Assembly (NCBI GenBank): GCA_963809765.1
Contig: CAWEKT010000001.1
Span: 253,973-317,972 of the forward strand
Direction of reading: 5' to 3'
Length of the DNA stretch: 64,000 bases
From: an uncultured Thermoleophilia bacterium
Lineage (GTDB): Bacteria; Actinomycetota; Thermoleophilia; Gaiellales; Gaiellaceae
Shown here: one piece after another, positions 62,745-64,000 of the stretch
How positions within the stretch are numbered: position 1 is the stretch's first letter
Layout: every line of letters starts with the position of its first letter
Notes under the pieces: generated by a model
What the model was told of the DNA's origin: nothing
Seen by the model: the letters and a program-made list of their open reading frames with translations, nothing else
Databases searched by the model: none
Program-made: the position numbers and the translations under genes

Positions 62745-63338
62745 GTGGTTCGCGGAATCCTCGTCCGCCACGGCGAGACCGAGCACAACGTGCGCGGCTC
62801 CGTCAACGGCGACCCGGCGGCGCCCGGCCCGCTCTCGCAGGCGGGAGAGGAGCAGGCGCGCGGCCTCGGCCTGCAAATCGCCTCCGAGCCGATCGACCTC
62901 TGCGTCACCTCCGAGTTCGAGCGCGCCCGGCGGACAGCGGAGCTCGCGCTGGCGGGCCGCGACGTGCCGCATGAGGTCTGGCCGGAGCTGAACGACCCCC
63001 GCTTCGGCAGCTTCGAGGGGGGCGCGCTGGACGAGTACCGGGCCTGGGCCGCCGCCAACGGATCCGGGGACGCACCACCCGGCGGCGGCGAGAGCCGCCA
63101 GGCGATCGTCGCGCGGTACGCGCGCGCGCTCCGGCGGCTGCTCGACCGCGACGAGGACACCGTGCTGGTCGTCGCCCATTCGCTACCGGTCGCGTACGTG
63201 CTTGCCGCCGTGAGCGGCGTCGATCCGGCGCCGCGCGCCGAGCTGGCGCTCCACGCGCATCCGTACGTGCTCCCCGCCGAGGAGCTCCGGACTGCGCTCG
63301 ACCGCCTCGAGTCCTGGTGCGCCGCTCCCACCTGGTAG
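62745..63338 (+). CDS. Histidine phosphatase (phosphoglycerate-mutase-like) family protein
   Basis: 197 aa with a GTG start. LVRHGETEHN catalytic motif, VVAHS. Confidence 0.85.
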   Translation: MVRGILVRHGETEHNVRGSVNGDPAAPGPLSQAGEEQARGLGLQIASEPIDLCVTSEFERARRTAELALAGRDVPHEVWPELNDPRFGSFEGGALDEYRAWAAANGSGDAPPGGGESRQAIVARYARALRRLLDRDEDTVLVVAHSLPVAYVLAAVSGVDPAPRAELALHAHPYVLPAEELRTALDRLESWCAAPTW

Positions 63339-63507
63339 CGCTCGCCTCGCTCGCCGCGGCCCTCTGGGTCGGGCGTTGGCTCGCGCTCGAGGTCGCGTCG
63401 TACCTCCACCGCCACCGCGTTCCGCGCGGGCCCTTGCCCCGCGAATCGCCACACCCGCCCGGGCGCATGCCGAGCCCGCTCGACTCGTAGCGGCCGGACG
63501 GGCGACA

Positions 63508-64000
63508 ATGTCCGGAATGGACGACGGGCGCACGCTCGTCTCGGTGCTCTACGCCGACCTCGTCGGCTTCACGTCGCGGTCGCATGCAGCCGACCCGGCG
63601 CTCATCCGCGCGATCCAGCGGCCGTTCCACGCCCGGGTCAAGCGGGAGGTCGAGCGTCGCGGCGGGCGCGTCGAGAAGTACATCGGCGATGCGGTCGTCG
63701 CGGTGTTCGGGATCGGGGACTCCGACGGTAAGGACACGGAGCGGGCCGTGCGCGTCGCACTGCGCATCCCGGAGCTCGTGCAGGAGCTGAATGCGGCGCA
63801 GGGGCTCGACCTGGCCGTGCGGGTCGGGGTCAACTCCGACCTCGTCGTGGTCGACGCCGACGCGAGCACGGTGACCGGTGACGTCGTCAACGTCGCGGGC
63901 AAGCTCCAGAGCGCCGCTGCGCCGGACCGCGTTGCCGTCTGCCAGACGACCTACGAGCGCACCTGCTCACGCTTCCGCTACGAGGCTCTTCCGCCGGTCG
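63508..64000 (+). CDS. Class III adenylate/guanylate cyclase domain protein, N-terminal part (3' end outside window)
   Basis: Not in the track because no stop falls within the window. ATG 63508 (or 63517). VSVLYADLVGFTS...VEKYIGDAVVAVFG...VRVGVNSD...TGDVVNVAGKLQSAA. Confidence 0.8.
   Translation, partial: MSGMDDGRTLVSVLYADLVGFTSRSHAADPALIRAIQRPFHARVKREVERRGGRVEKYIGDAVVAVFGIGDSDGKDTERAVRVALRIPELVQELNAAQGLDLAVRVGVNSDLVVVDADASTVTGDVVNVAGKLQSAAAPDRVAVCQTTYERTCSRFRYEALPPV

Noticed and set aside
63338-63507. A hydrophobic ~50-aa reading frame (…ALASLAAALWVGRWLALEVASYLHRHRVPRG…) between the phosphatase and the cyclase genes.
   Set aside because: It has no ATG, GTG or TTG start in frame and no SD. 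It is probably non-coding spacer, or a remnant.

Overview
This is a very GC-rich bacterial chromosome segment with strong GC3 bias and Actinomycetota-like gene content. Positions 1-17.2 kb hold the conserved ribosomal-protein superoperon: the 3' end of tuf, the S10 operon (rpsJ to rpsQ), the spc operon (rplN to rplO, then secY-adk-map), and rpmJ-rpsM-rpsK-rpsD-rpoA-rplQ. infA is missing from its usual slot, and L22, S3, S17, S5 and L15 carry long low-complexity extensions. A RibD_C-like reductase gene and a cytochrome P450 sit between rplQ and truA. Positions 20-64 kb mix housekeeping and accessory metabolism. They include a translationally coupled MetE-like/citrate-synthase-like/PaaK-like operon with a GST gene 30 nt downstream, ligA, a PBP4 gene, and a divergent pair of coiled-coil peptidoglycan hydrolases with an orphan NarL-type regulator. 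Further genes are an acyl-CoA synthetase, ku, a short ssb paralogue, tRNA-Pro(CGG), a nitrilase, a heavily broken APH-like kinase, TetR plus a Rieske oxygenase, dinB and two acyl-CoA dehydrogenases. The remainder comprises an ATP-grasp/beta-propeller/two-esterase cluster, VanW, GGT, Sir2, class I aldolase, an L,D-transpeptidase, DagK, DeoD, a GNAT, a PLP decarboxylase and the 5' end of an adenylate-cyclase-domain gene. I saw no CRISPR array, transposase, integrase or phage genes. The most striking sequence-level feature is about 24 single-base frame breaks in otherwise well-conserved genes, including rpsQ, ligA and the aldolase. Twenty-three of them need a +1 shift. I read these mainly as consensus insertion errors, but that needs checking against the reads. 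I found no convincing new multi-gene system. The best follow-up candidates are the extended S17, a small HTH-like ORF bracketed by terminators with a structured leader, a shared TetR-type operator, and two uncharacterised operons.
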